Positions 23,496 through 35,900 of a DNA stretch of 64,000 nt are shown one piece after another (the first letter of the stretch is position 1; every line of letters begins with the position of its first letter). Location: NCBI GenBank assembly GCA_002633005.1, contig NMRA01000025.1, forward strand, positions 193,757-257,756, read 5' to 3'. The notes beneath the pieces are model-generated. The model searched no databases, was not told where the DNA came from, and worked only from the letters and a program-made list of their open reading frames with translations. The position numbers and the translations under genes are program-made. The stretch comes from Phoronis australis (taxonomy: Eukaryota; Animalia; Phoronida).

Positions 23496-23555
23496 TTCCA
23501 CTCTTGTCTCCACTTGGACCATCCAAAAAATGGCGTGGTATTGTGGCATTCACTT
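23496..23555 (-). CDS. FGFRL1: FGFRL1-like, 60-nt Ig1-Ig2 linker exon
   Basis: Strong acceptor TTTTTTTATTTTCAG|AA and donor GGA A|GTGAGT. Open frame EVNATIPRHFLDGPSGDKSG, phase 1/1. Confidence 0.8.
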
Positions 23556-26500
23556 CTGAAAATAAAAAAATCAAAAGTCAGACAAGTAAGTTGAATAAGG
23601 TGCCTTGCCTTTTACCTGAAATCTTCCCAAGACCAGTTCACAAGTTAATTTGGAACATTGTTTTAAAATGCTTCAACTAATAGGCTTCATTAGATGTGGC
23701 AAGAAAAAAAAGCTTCTCATTCAAATGGCATTTCAAATGAGCTGTAGTTGAAACAGGCTTTAACAGCACTGTTTCTGAAAAAAACATTACATAGTCTCTG
23801 AAAACAAAATGTTCAATTTCCAAACAGCTTGAGCAGAAATGTCTAAAATTACTCGCACAGTTTTTGCCATAGCATGCAAACAGTTATGTCAAGTTTAAAA
23901 TATTGTCAAAAGAGGGCAGCTTTGTGATGTGCCAGAGCCAAATCAAGTGACAAATGGATGTTTCATGGTGTCATTCTTAGTCATGGATTAAAATTCCATT
24001 TTGATGGGACATGTCTTAACCCAATTAGATAAAATAAACATACATATTAAATGTAAAACCACCACTAGACATCCTGTTTAACCACAAGGGCGAAGTGTCA
24101 ATTAAGCCATCCATGAAAATTTCAACCAGAAAAATGCGGGTTTTCCTCTCAGCTCAATACTTCACTTGGTAATACACAAGTGTGACAATGGGATTTGGGT
24201 AATTACAAAATTAAAAGAATAAATGTCGTTGGGAAAAAGCAGTTCAATTGTCTTAGGTTGTTGGGAATATAATCAAAAGGTATAGCACTTGGCAAGCTTC
24301 AAACTTCCATCATCAACTGAGGTGGCATAAAAACCTGTCAAATAAACTCAATAATTCAAATGCTAATCTTATAGGGATTATTTGTGACCAACAATAGACT
24401 TCTTCTTAAAGCCCCACTTCTTCCTTCTGTCTGCCAACTACTCAAACATTGAAAAAATACATATGTCCTTTATGCATAATCTTCAAAGTCTAGGATTTCA
24501 GTAAGACACTGTCGCACTGTCTGACAAACAAGCATTCAAAGACCGATGACCACAACTCCCACTGGGAGTAGATAAAAAGCCAACCCCACATGATCGGGGT
24601 AGTGTTTTTTGGTGGCTGCAAAACAAACACAACATTAGCCACTTATCTGAGTGCCCATGGTGGCAGTGTTTTCTTAGAGGTTAACACACTGTTAGCCTGT
24701 CAACTACTATTGCTAGTGAAAACAACTAAGAAATCAATGTAAATAGCACATTGCCACCATTAGATTCTGACCCAAGGCTGGGGGATACTGGGCGATTTAG
24801 GTATTTTTTCTTCTCAAGAGAAAAAACTGAGACAACAAGTCACTAAAAGCCAAAGACTGTTTGTAGTTTTTCAGAGGCTATTTTGGTGAAGTAAAAAACA
24901 CTGTCATGTAGTGAAAACAGGTAGCTTTTTTCAACAAAAAAATGTTTATAACTAGAGAATCTCTGACAAGCAGAAGTGGCCTGCTCCTACACTCCTGAAA
25001 GAAAAAATGCTATGCTCTTAAGTAAAAGTCATGCTTTAACAAACATAAGCATTGTTAGAAAACATGTTGATAAACTAAAACATTAATCCTTTGCCCCAAA
25101 ATAAGAGCTCCCAGTAGACAAAATCTAAAATGTTTGCAAGTCGATTGACCATGGAAAAGAACTACTGTTTTCACAAACACTCGGAATAAACTACCAATAG
25201 AAGTAAGTGTACTTCTTTAACACAGTGATTTTTGTTATAAAATGCGATACCCTTGACCCTCCAGTTCCAGCAATTCAACACTGAGTGCCAGGGCCACACA
25301 ACCAGCTGACTACTATCTCTACTAATGCACGACTGATTGCACACCTAATTGACCGTGGGTCATCTGCAGATAGCCTGTGGCTGATCAAAGGAGTCTAGTG
25401 GTCATCCAGTGAAAGGCAAACAAATTGTGGGCCTAGCCACCGCCCCCCAGCACCTGCCTGGTGCTAGTAGGAGATAACCAAACATTTGATGGCAAAATTA
25501 AACTTCCATAATATAAACAACTCATGTTGCACTGATGACGCCTGAATTAACGAAACGATTCGAAACATCATTAAAGAAAGCGCTAATTGCAATTATATCT
25601 TTAAACACCCTTCAATCCCTCAAAAAAGCAACTAATATTGATGCTTTTTCACCTTAATTTTGTATCATTCCCAAGTCATGAAAACTCCATTTATAATTCA
25701 ATTTAAATGTACAATTCAATGTTAGAAAAATAATATCCAGCATCCCCTGGTGGTGCAATCAAGCACTATTCACAGCACCCACACAGCAGGGAGTGTGCTG
25801 TATGTCACACAGCAGTTCCTTAACAAGATATATGGCTGCCATTAAACAGCCATATCAATTCATTTGCAAACAGTCAAATAATAACACAATATAAATCAAC
25901 ACTCATTTGCAGGCCACATTAACAGGGAAGAATGGATCCTTTCAGATGATAAATATGACAGATTAGTGGTATTACTTAGCAGAGAGGCAACAACAATTTT
26001 TCACACCCAATGACTGCTAACACAAATGGAAAATGGCAGACAGTGCGGTTCATAGAAACAGGCAAAATTGTCAATGCAATGAATTAAAAACTTCACCACA
26101 CACTGAATCAGTTTATCTTATTTTTAGGAAAAACTAGTCACCTAATCTAAGAGGATGGATACAAAAATATGCCAAATTAACAGCTTGTTTTGCTGTAGCT
26201 GACCTCATCAGGCAAATCCCCAAATTCTGATAACAGCAGAATTTTTATAATGCTATAGAAACAGATGGGTTGTGATAACTGGAATGCTAACACAACTAGG
26301 CTATCTTTAATAATAACACTATTATCAGCAGGCACCCTAGAGCGGCATATTTCGGTAGTGAAAATTAGGAAGATAGTTTTTTAACAGATTCCACTGTTCA
26401 GACAGATAATATTAACCAGCTGGGGCACAGCTTGGAAAAATGACGCTCTCTTCAACAAATTACTTAGCTTACTAAATATTCACACTACCTCAACAGGCAA

Positions 26501-26868
26501 GTTAGGTTTATTACTTCACTTGCATGTAACTGCCTTCATACATAATAGTTTCTCTAAAAACTGGGCTTTATTCTCAAAACAAGCACAATTCTGATAAAAC
26601 AGGAATAAATGGATTCCTCAACCACTAACACCTTGATCCTGATCCATCCAGAATGCTTAGCAACAAACTGTAACCAAACTATTACACCCAGTGGGCAGTA
26701 TGAAGATAATTTCAGATGAAACCAACATTATGCATTTTCTGAATGACTGGGCTTACTTGAGCCCCGAGGACTCTACCAGCTGCACAGGTATTGCATTGGT
26801 CTACACTTTAAAAGTGTGATATCACCCACCCCCCAACCCACAAATGAGAAACCTCAGTCCAAACTTAC

Positions 26869-27147
26869 CCAAAACAAGTAATGTGTAGTTAATGACCTCA
26901 TGTCCAAAACCATTGACAGCTGTACACAGGTAAATACCAGAGTCCTGCACGCTGGCATCTTTGATACGCAGCAAGTCATCCAGAATTTTGAAACGCTCCC
27001 AGGAGTTTTCATGGATGTCATTTCCATCTTTGGTCCAGCGCTTAATTGGCTCGGGTTCAGCCTCAACAGGACACTTTAGTCGGATTGTGTTGCCTACACG
27101 TTCAATCCGTCGTCGATTATACCGTGGCTCTGTTATGTATGGCGGAC
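26869..27147 (-). CDS. FGFRL1: FGFRL1-like, Ig1
   Basis: The correct frame is absent from the ORF track. TTCTTTTTCAG|GT CCG CCA...TTG G|GTAAGT (279 nt, phase 1/1). Translates to GPPYITEPRYNRRRIERVGNTIRLKCPVEAEPEPIKRWTKDGNDIHENSWERFKILDDLLRIKDASVQDSGIYLCTAVNGFGHEVINYTLLVL. Confidence 0.95.
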
Positions 27148-28019
27148 CTGAAAAAGAATGTATTGGGATAACTGCAAATTCCCAGTTTAAATACTTTCAA
27201 GTAAGTGATGGGTACAAAATTCAGTCTTCAGCTTTTTAAGTGCAATTGCACTTACTTTAAGTGGTTCCGCATGACATCCACAATATATCAAATAACACTC
27301 GCAGTGAAATCAGTATGCCTGCAATAAATGCTTTCAACTTTACTACTGGATTCTGTTTTACCTTGTTGAAAAAAACTTTCGTTTTTAATAATTTGAGGTG
27401 ATTTTACACATATAAAGATGCCAAGATATTCCTATGCTATATACAGAATTGACATGTATTCCCAAATGCCAGAACGTTTTCATCACTAAGGTTTTCAACA
27501 GGGATATATATACCCAGTTACTGATTAGTTAGAATGGCATGCTGGTGTTCAAAAAGTAATAATTCATAAATCCAATAACTAGCATACACAAATCACCTTG
27601 CTGATGAAGATGAAGATATAGTTAGAGGCTGCCCAAAGTATAGCATGTCAGCAATGATGAGCTAATGTTTAACGATTGTTAAACATTTTCTATTAACATT
27701 CAGAGACTTCCTATTCCATCGGTCAACTATGACACTGGGCACAATGCCTCGTGTCCATTCCCGTTAACACAATCTACTGTACTTGCACGGTTACTTTCGC
27801 CATTTGGCTTAACGCCCTACCTTCAAATTGTGTGTCTCACTCAAAAAGGAATAAAACTTAATTGCTGACCCAGACATGACGTCGATTTTTATTGTGAAGA
27901 TCGATGTAAATGCACTTCCTGTTCAGGTAGTAAGCGTTCATCCCATACTTGCCAAAACACTTTTAAACATCCATGTTCAGTCTTAATGGTAACACCTGTA
28001 AATCTGGTTCCTACAGACT

Positions 28020-28355
28020 ACCAGTGCCATAAATTGCCAAAAGTAATGAACCGTTAGGCTTATTGGCTAGCTTTTGTCTACGTCACTGCGAGAATCACCT
28101 TTTAATTCAAACCGCTGAGAGTAACTACCCCACACAATGCTGTTCTTCTCAAACCCCTATTTAATACAACTGTCATTGGTCTTTTGTTGTTTGAGCTGGG
28201 ATCTGGCGGAGATGCAATATGGCATGAAAAGGCAACTTCACCTACCATTTGAGTGATTACACTTGCTTTTTCATACTTTGCTAAGGCTTTCCTAGAACTA
28301 TCTGGTTAGCCCAATACATCTAAAATAGCAAAATTTCGTCGAAATTAGGCTTTAA
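28020..28355 (+). mobile_element. Second, more decayed copy of the TTAA-flanked MITE at 59901-60296
   Basis: Collinear similarity: gcttttg.ctacgtcac..cgagaatca.cttttaattcaaac...acccctatt.aatacaactgt...ctatctggttagcccaatacatctaaaata...ttaggctttaa. The left end is not resolved. Confidence 0.85.
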
Positions 28356-29934
28356 CACCGACCCCGATTTTTAGATTCTCAATTTTTAAAAGCCTTCATG
28401 TTAACCAGGTCGACAACAGCACTCAGAAAGTACCACACAGTGGAAGTAAATGAAACCACTGGAATAATGTAGGCCCCATCACCAAGGATTGTGTTAATTA
28501 AGTGCAATTGTAAGCAGTAAAGGTGATCACCACAGTCGCCTGACACTACTTCGTGTTTTAAGTGGGAAGAGTTCCATAGAGGCAAGAATCTTGCTAAAGA
28601 AGATGGTGTGGTCAAGTGCATTGCTTGTAATACAAGGCGATATTCCACCGAGTCTTGTGTGATCTTGCGTTCTCCATTCTGCACAACATGCTATCTAAAA
28701 ACTGGGGTCAAACTGACACCTTTCTGTCCTTAATACTTACTGCTTGCATGGTGCTAGTTTGCACCATGTCAAAGGAATCCTATAAATCAGGCGTTAGCGT
28801 TAACATATACATTGTCAAGAACTATGGCTACCCTACATCAGAAACAATGATTCATTTCAACACTTCGAATTTCATGGTTTGCTTGTTTTGCTTAACAACT
28901 TGAACTTTCAGTTTTTTCCCAAATATCTTTTAACATATGACAAGGAATACAGAAACCCCTGCTAGGCTTTTTACATGTATATAAGAATTGATAGAACTGC
29001 TTCACTGTCAGTCTCTTTAGGGGTGTAGGTTGTTGGAGCATTAAGTTGATTTGTAGTCAAATTATACTCTAGTCAAAAAGTAATTGAAAACAGAGATCCC
29101 CTGGAGTGGCCTAAACTTGTGTAAACACATGCTTTTTTCTTCCCTCAACTCTTCTGATGAGTGGCAAAGCATTGGACTACAATAAATATCCTTTGAACTT
29201 CAAAGAGAAAATGTCAAGCAAACACTAAGAAACAGCAGTTCTCCATAGACAGGAAACGCAAACAGAACACTTTCAAAATATGAACAAATGATATGAGTTA
29301 GTGAGCTTTAACCAAATAATACTTTCTTCTGAAACTCAGGCACTTTTTTGATGAGAAACTACATGTACAGGCAACAAGTCAGTCAAACGATTAATAATGG
29401 GTAATCCTCATTAATGTTTGCTCATGTCGCATAATTATTGATCGCAGCTCATTCTCTGCCAACAGGTGCCTGTGACAGGGTCACCACAGTGTCTGTTTGC
29501 AACACCTTTATAGACGACACAAGTGTGTACTAACCAACAGGCCTGTTTGTGTGTAAACACACGACATAAAGAGAGACACTTTTGGGCACACACTGCGGCC
29601 AACGGCACACACAAACGGTGAGTTCCTGTTGGCATTATGGTAGCCCTATTAGAAACACGGCTTTGGTAAACAGGACAATGTATGCCTTTTAAACGTGCAA
29701 ACATGAGTCAGTATGAAGTATCTAAGCATGGTGGAACAGAATCCTCTGTAAAGACCCACACTGTTGACAGTATCCGATTTGAAAACAAAAACACACAAAC
29801 GCAACTGACCTCCCTGGCACACAGAACAGAGGCTGCATGCTGGAAATGACATTTGACTTGATTCAATTTTAGGTACAGTAGCTTGAGATATGAATTGAAA
29901 CTTTGAACAAATAAACCAACATTTGGTTACATAC

Positions 29935-29989
29935 CTTCTAGCACACTGCATAGTAGATTTAACCAAAAGAACAAGATAAAATCAAGCAT
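29935..29989 (-). CDS. FGFRL1: Candidate FGFRL1 signal-peptide exon (MLDFILFFWLNLLCSVLE-G)
   Basis: AAAA ATG start, hydrophobic 18-mer and donor AAG|GTATGT in phase 1, in frame with the Ig1 exon (G+GT=Gly, then PPYI). It would complete a 588-aa protein. The evidence is composition and phase only. Confidence 0.5.
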
Positions 29990-32900
29990 TTTTTTCAGAA
30001 AGAAATGGAAGCTCAAGAAATTAACATAGAGTTACAAATTCCTTCCAAACTAGACCAAGTAAATATTTTACACAGTAAAATACTTTATAGTTTCTATTTC
30101 CTGGAACTCTTGTGTATAGTTGAATGTTGATCCTAATGGCACACTGCAGCCCTTAACTGTGAATAATGCATACAAGGAAAGCCTATAAGGTTAATATTTT
30201 CCATGGAAGCCTTATGGTCAACAGATGATCAAGAATTCCAACATCATCAGATTGGCTCACCTACGCAGGTAAACCCCTACAGGTGTGCTGTGGTATCAAA
30301 TGGCACATCTCCTTTGGTACTAATCCTCTTACTCCACCCAACAAAGCAGTTCTCAGCTTCAGTTGAAGAATATTAACACTAATGGTAGCTTTACTAATGC
30401 CCAGTCATGAAGGCAAAAGATTCCAGTAGTAATCATATGAAATGTGAACAGAAATCCAAGGAAATCCTAGGAAATCCTGACTTCTAACAAAAACGTTATC
30501 ATCCATTAGTTTACATTTCATTTTATTTTCCGCTTCAAATATTTCACGGCAAAGTAGTTTTCGAAACAGAATGAGATTTGAACTCCACTAAGTCAGAGGT
30601 GGTGCAAAGAAAAACATTTAGATTGCAAATGAGGTGGTCAGCAAGGAAAGGTATGACAGACTAGCCAGAGACCTCGCTGCTTCAATTTTTGCGCCAAATA
30701 TCCGCCCCATTTCCATCTGAAAAATACTTTCAAATGACCCACAATTCACTACACCATGTCCAAAATTCACTTCAAGTAATGTCCCACAGACCCTCAGGTT
30801 CAAAATGTTTCGTTAACTGCAAGGAGGGTGAAACTGGGGGTTACCTGGGGCAAGGTGGCGAATTTTCCCTCTCACCCTAATAACAAGTCCCTCTCAGAAG
30901 TCATAGGCACCTTTACCCTAAGGGGAGCAAGGGCCTTGCTAGCCAACCAGGTAATGAACACAGGTGTTCTTTTGGCTAATAACCAGGTGGTTTCCCAGTA
31001 AACACTCTACTGTTTGAAAATGTTTGACTGATTAACCGCCATGTAGCAAGGTGTTAGCTGAGAAATGCAAATAATTAAACCATTAGAGAAACTGGCTGAC
31101 AATTAGTGTACTGGTTGGTCTCAATTTGTGCACTGCATTATGGATGATGAGCTGAGCTAATAGGAACCACATACACATGTGGAAACTGACAGGAGCTAGT
31201 AGCTGGTATACTAATGAGGCCAGATAAATGTGCTGTGGTGCCAGATGGACTGTCCAATGGGGCAGACAAGGTGGCAAGGGCTCAATGGCTGGTCAAAAAT
31301 AACCCAGCAGAGACTGAGTGAAAATAAGGTTAGGCACAGTTGGAGAAGAACATCTAAATTATTATACAGAGGCCTATCTTTGCGGGATAAAAACCACAGG
31401 TCGAAGGAAAGCTTATTTAAAAGGCCCGAACCAAGTAAAAAGATTACACGAAACACTTTTCCACCTTAGGAATACACTAGCAGGACTGCATAATGGTTGA
31501 GATTTTGTAACTTAACTTAAGAAATTTCAAATTCAATTTCACAACAATTTCCTTTCAAAGATAACGTGTGATTACCGCAATACCCCTGCACACCATAAGG
31601 TTCTATAATGACTTCATGGCACTATGGACTCTATCCAAGATTATCATTATAGAACTCCTGTGAACTTTATGCTTCGTGGGAAAACCTATAATGGGTGTCT
31701 AAATCTAATCTAGCAGTTGGACACGGCTTGCAATTGAATCAAGTGTTGAAAAACAAGATTTGGAATTGTTCAAAAATTGTCCAGACAGAGTCGGTGGTGT
31801 TGGATTGGGAAGAGTTGGAAGCAGACGTACTCAGCAGGTTGATGGATGAGCTGTCAATCATTTAGCCAAGTATTCAGGCAATGTTGGAGTTGCTGGTGAA
31901 GAATATGGTGGAACCAGATGGGAGACACTTGTTAAACCAATCAAAACTAAAGCATAGAAGGATGTGTGGGCAATGGTGCGGCGTGGCAAGGACTTTTTTG
32001 ATGTGTCAAGTAACGAGACTATATATATTTTATCGATAAAAATATATCATGACAAAGTCAAACATTCATTCAAAGAAAAATTACGCAGTTTGCATGGCAA
32101 TATTTCGTGAAAACTTGCAGGATCTTGCATTTTCGCAAGTTTCTTGGATTTACAGAGCAAGAGGTGTGTTAAGCCGTGTAAAGGTGTTTCAAAGCAAACT
32201 TTTTGAAAAACCAGTAAGTGAGCATTTACCCAGATGACCAAGTTGGCAAAATGCTCACACAGTTTCAATTACCATGGCAACATCAACTGCCAGAGTTCAA
32301 TCAACATTGGGAAATGAATAACTGCGCTGAGATTCTCAAATCACACACTTGCTATAACCCGAATACAAAAGTTCAAATGTGAACATTTTGAAAAACTGGA
32401 GGCTGAGCACAAGTGTGGTGATAACTGTATGGATATTTTACTCACTGCAGTTAGTTCAGCTGAACTGGAAATCGGACAGCTGTTAAGGTGCAGCAATGTT
32501 TCCTGAGCCATAGCCAGTATTGAAGCAAGTGGCATATTTCAGAGGGTCACAGGTTAAGAGGGGGAATGTCATTTCAAACCTGAATTACAAGTGCCAATGA
32601 GAAATATGTACAGATAATTGCTCGTTATGTTATAACACCTCAGACAAAGTAGTCCTCAATATACAACGGGGCAAGCAGTCAAGCGCCAACAGGGAGTCCA
32701 AAAAAGAGTGAATTTTTGAGTGACTGTGTGGTCTGACACTTCACTGTCAGAGGTTAACAGATTTTAACAAACAGGAAGTTCACAGGTTACACCAAAACCA
32801 ATGTGACATTTCCAAGTTGGAGGCTAAGCACTCTCAGGTTTGTCCACAAGACAAAGTAATCCCTTTCTCACCACAGTTGGTCAGACACCATCAAGGGCTG

Positions 32901-35900
32901 TCACAAACATTGGTGGCACTTGTTTACAGGCCCAAATCAGATTAGTCAGGGTTTGGCAGACATTAATTCTCATCCACTGACTTCCAGTTGTGTCCACAAT
33001 CAACAAACTCTGACAGAACTGGGTAATTTCACATTACTCTTAAATGAACATCTGGGTGAAAATGTGTTGAAACCACCAAATGCTAGTTTTTGAAAGAGCA
33101 ACAAAAAGGCATGGTACGTGCCGCTTATTTTGCACACAAAATAAAAGCCAAAATTGCAATTTTCCATTTTCAATGGCTGATTGGCTTATTGGAAACAATG
33201 TAAATGTTATAAAAAGTTGTTTTATGGCATCTACACTGCACAAACCAAGCTAGTAATAAACAAAAATTTTCTCAATCTTTATTTGGTGGAGGAATTAGGC
33301 AAAGTAGAATTTCACTTCTCGGCCATATTGTGTTCTAAATAAGTGAAGACTTACCAAAAGATCTGCTTAACTTTGTTTGTAGATTCTCAGTAAACCATGA
33401 TACATTGATATATGTTAACCTAAGGTTTTTCAACATCAACCCTTGGAGTTATGGGTGATGGAAATTTATCTAACTTTTAAAACCTACCATTAGCTTGCGA
33501 GAGCTCCAATGTCCAACACAGAATTAAGCCCCCAATGTACAAGAACATCTTTGGTTATTTCGGTTTATCTGTAAAAAATAAACAATATACTGTAAGTAAG
33601 AAATAAATAACCATCCAGATTACATGAATCTTAATGTAACCAACAGATGAGGTGAGTGCTTCAACAGACAGTAAACACAAACAAATGTTAACAAAAAGTG
33701 GAACACTGAGAAAATTACATACAATGTTTGTTTCACAAAGAGTACTCCTGGACCAGAAATCTAAGTGATCTACTGTTACCTTGGACAATTCAACCCAGCA
33801 CTGAAGAGATGAGCGGGCAACACTCCCGACTGTTTGCACTGTACTAAGTTTCTTGCTAAATACACGAGCAATGTGTACACGTGAGTTTTAAAAATCAATT
33901 TCACAGGATGTCACCGACTTCACGGTCTGCCCAAGTCCTCAGGGTTAAACCTGACACATAACTGATTGATTCACAAGGCTAACACCCCTACTGTTAGAGC
34001 AGAGTAGAGTAGTTTTCAGCTACACACTGGTCTGTGAAAACTGTCAAGAGCGCCAAGTAGCCAGACTTGATTTCGATTGAAACTTTCAAAAAAATTTGAA
34101 TTGACGTGCCTTGAAGCAAAAACATGGTACAGAGGCTGACACTCACAGGCTAAAGATCTGCATTCTCTACAGCCGAGATTGGAAATTAAGAGTAAAGTTA
34201 GACGCACCGAAATCCCTATCTGAATTCCTAAATTAGATTTCAACTCAGACACAAGTATGATTAAAATTTTCCCATAGGCGATCATTGCCTTACTCACAGT
34301 GATAACATCACAACTGTTTCTTGAATTTTTGAACGAGATCATAAGATGTCACTCAAACCAATAAATTAACCCTTCAGGCATAATTTGAAATAATTGCTTC
34401 AGCTAGCTTCAAAGTTTCACCACTCCTCCAGAGCTTTTCGACAATGAGTGATAAGACCATAGGCTCTTCCTTCCACGTTATGGGTAACATTCCTATAAAC
34501 TATCTTGCTACCCAAATAATTATGCTATGATCGCACCTGAATTTATCCATCCCAATGCATCGTAGACACCCAATCAGCAGCAAGGAATTCTCGCTAGTAC
34601 TCCAATTTTTTAGGATGAAAACTACCCCCACCAACACGACAACTCCAAGCTGATCAGTCTCCCAATCCTGTGCTTGTGGATGAATGAAGGCCAGAGTTTA
34701 AGGTCTTGGTGGAGAGTAATCAGGCTTAGGGTAGTGAGAAATATTTACACAAGACCAGTGTTATTATAAAAGATTTTGATAAATTAAGGGGAGTCTTGAG
34801 TACTTGTGGAATGAACAGATTGTACTGATAACGCAGTGCACAGGTAACATCAGTCAGGTACAGGTGAGGAAAACACACCTGGATCGCCACAAGGGAACAT
34901 TGAGGCAATCAGTCATCAGACAAAATGAAACAATTATCTATTATGACAGATTTTGGAAAACAAGTAATAATGCAAAACCCAAAAGATTTCAAATTCTATG
35001 TAACTTCATGCCAACTATTTGTATTTCTGTTTTCTGTTATAATTTAAGGAAAAATGTGTCATATTTGTGAAAACTCAAACCAGTTGAGAGGAACTAAGAC
35101 CCATGAGGCATTGACTATGTATTACATAACACCTTCCAGCTAAGAAGATTAACCAGAGTGCTGATGGGACTCATGTTTATCAAAACCAGGATTAGGTCCT
35201 AAACAGGGGATTACCCACCACTGGAGTCATACCTCTGGTAAAATCTGTAAACAAAGCAAAATCTCTACATACTGCTGAACTTAGGCAAGGACTGCCATAT
35301 CCAAATCCCATTGATTTGCCAGGATGGAGTTTCAGAGCTTGTGATTTGCAGGGGGCACATTTTGCAACCAGATGCTTTTTAATTAAAAATACTGAAGTGG
35401 TGAGACTTTGACATTATGAACACTATTCCACACACTCAATTAAAAAAACAAGAATATCTGATGATCATAGTACCACTGAGCAGTTCCATGGCGCTGAAAA
35501 TAATTCATGTTTAACAAAAACGCACTTTTATCACAGATGAAAAAATGCTTCAGTAAGGTAACATTTCATGCACAGAAAACAGATTAAACTGCCAAGGTGC
35601 CATTGTGGATGCCACTTGGCCACATTACATAGAATCCCACCGGAACAAGGAGTATGGGCCAGATAGATCAGGTGTTCTGCTTGCACACCAAAGCAATACC
35701 TCACAAGACCAACATATCTATGCAGAGGAATCAGGACCATTCATTGTTCAAAATGACACCAACAATAAACATACCGGCAGGGAGATTTGTCTTTCTAAAA
35801 CTGCTTCAAAACATGGTTAAAATGACAGCTGACGAGACGGCACAATAAACTGCAGTAAAATGAAAACTTTGCTAAAGATGTCAAAGTGTTAAAGCTTTTG

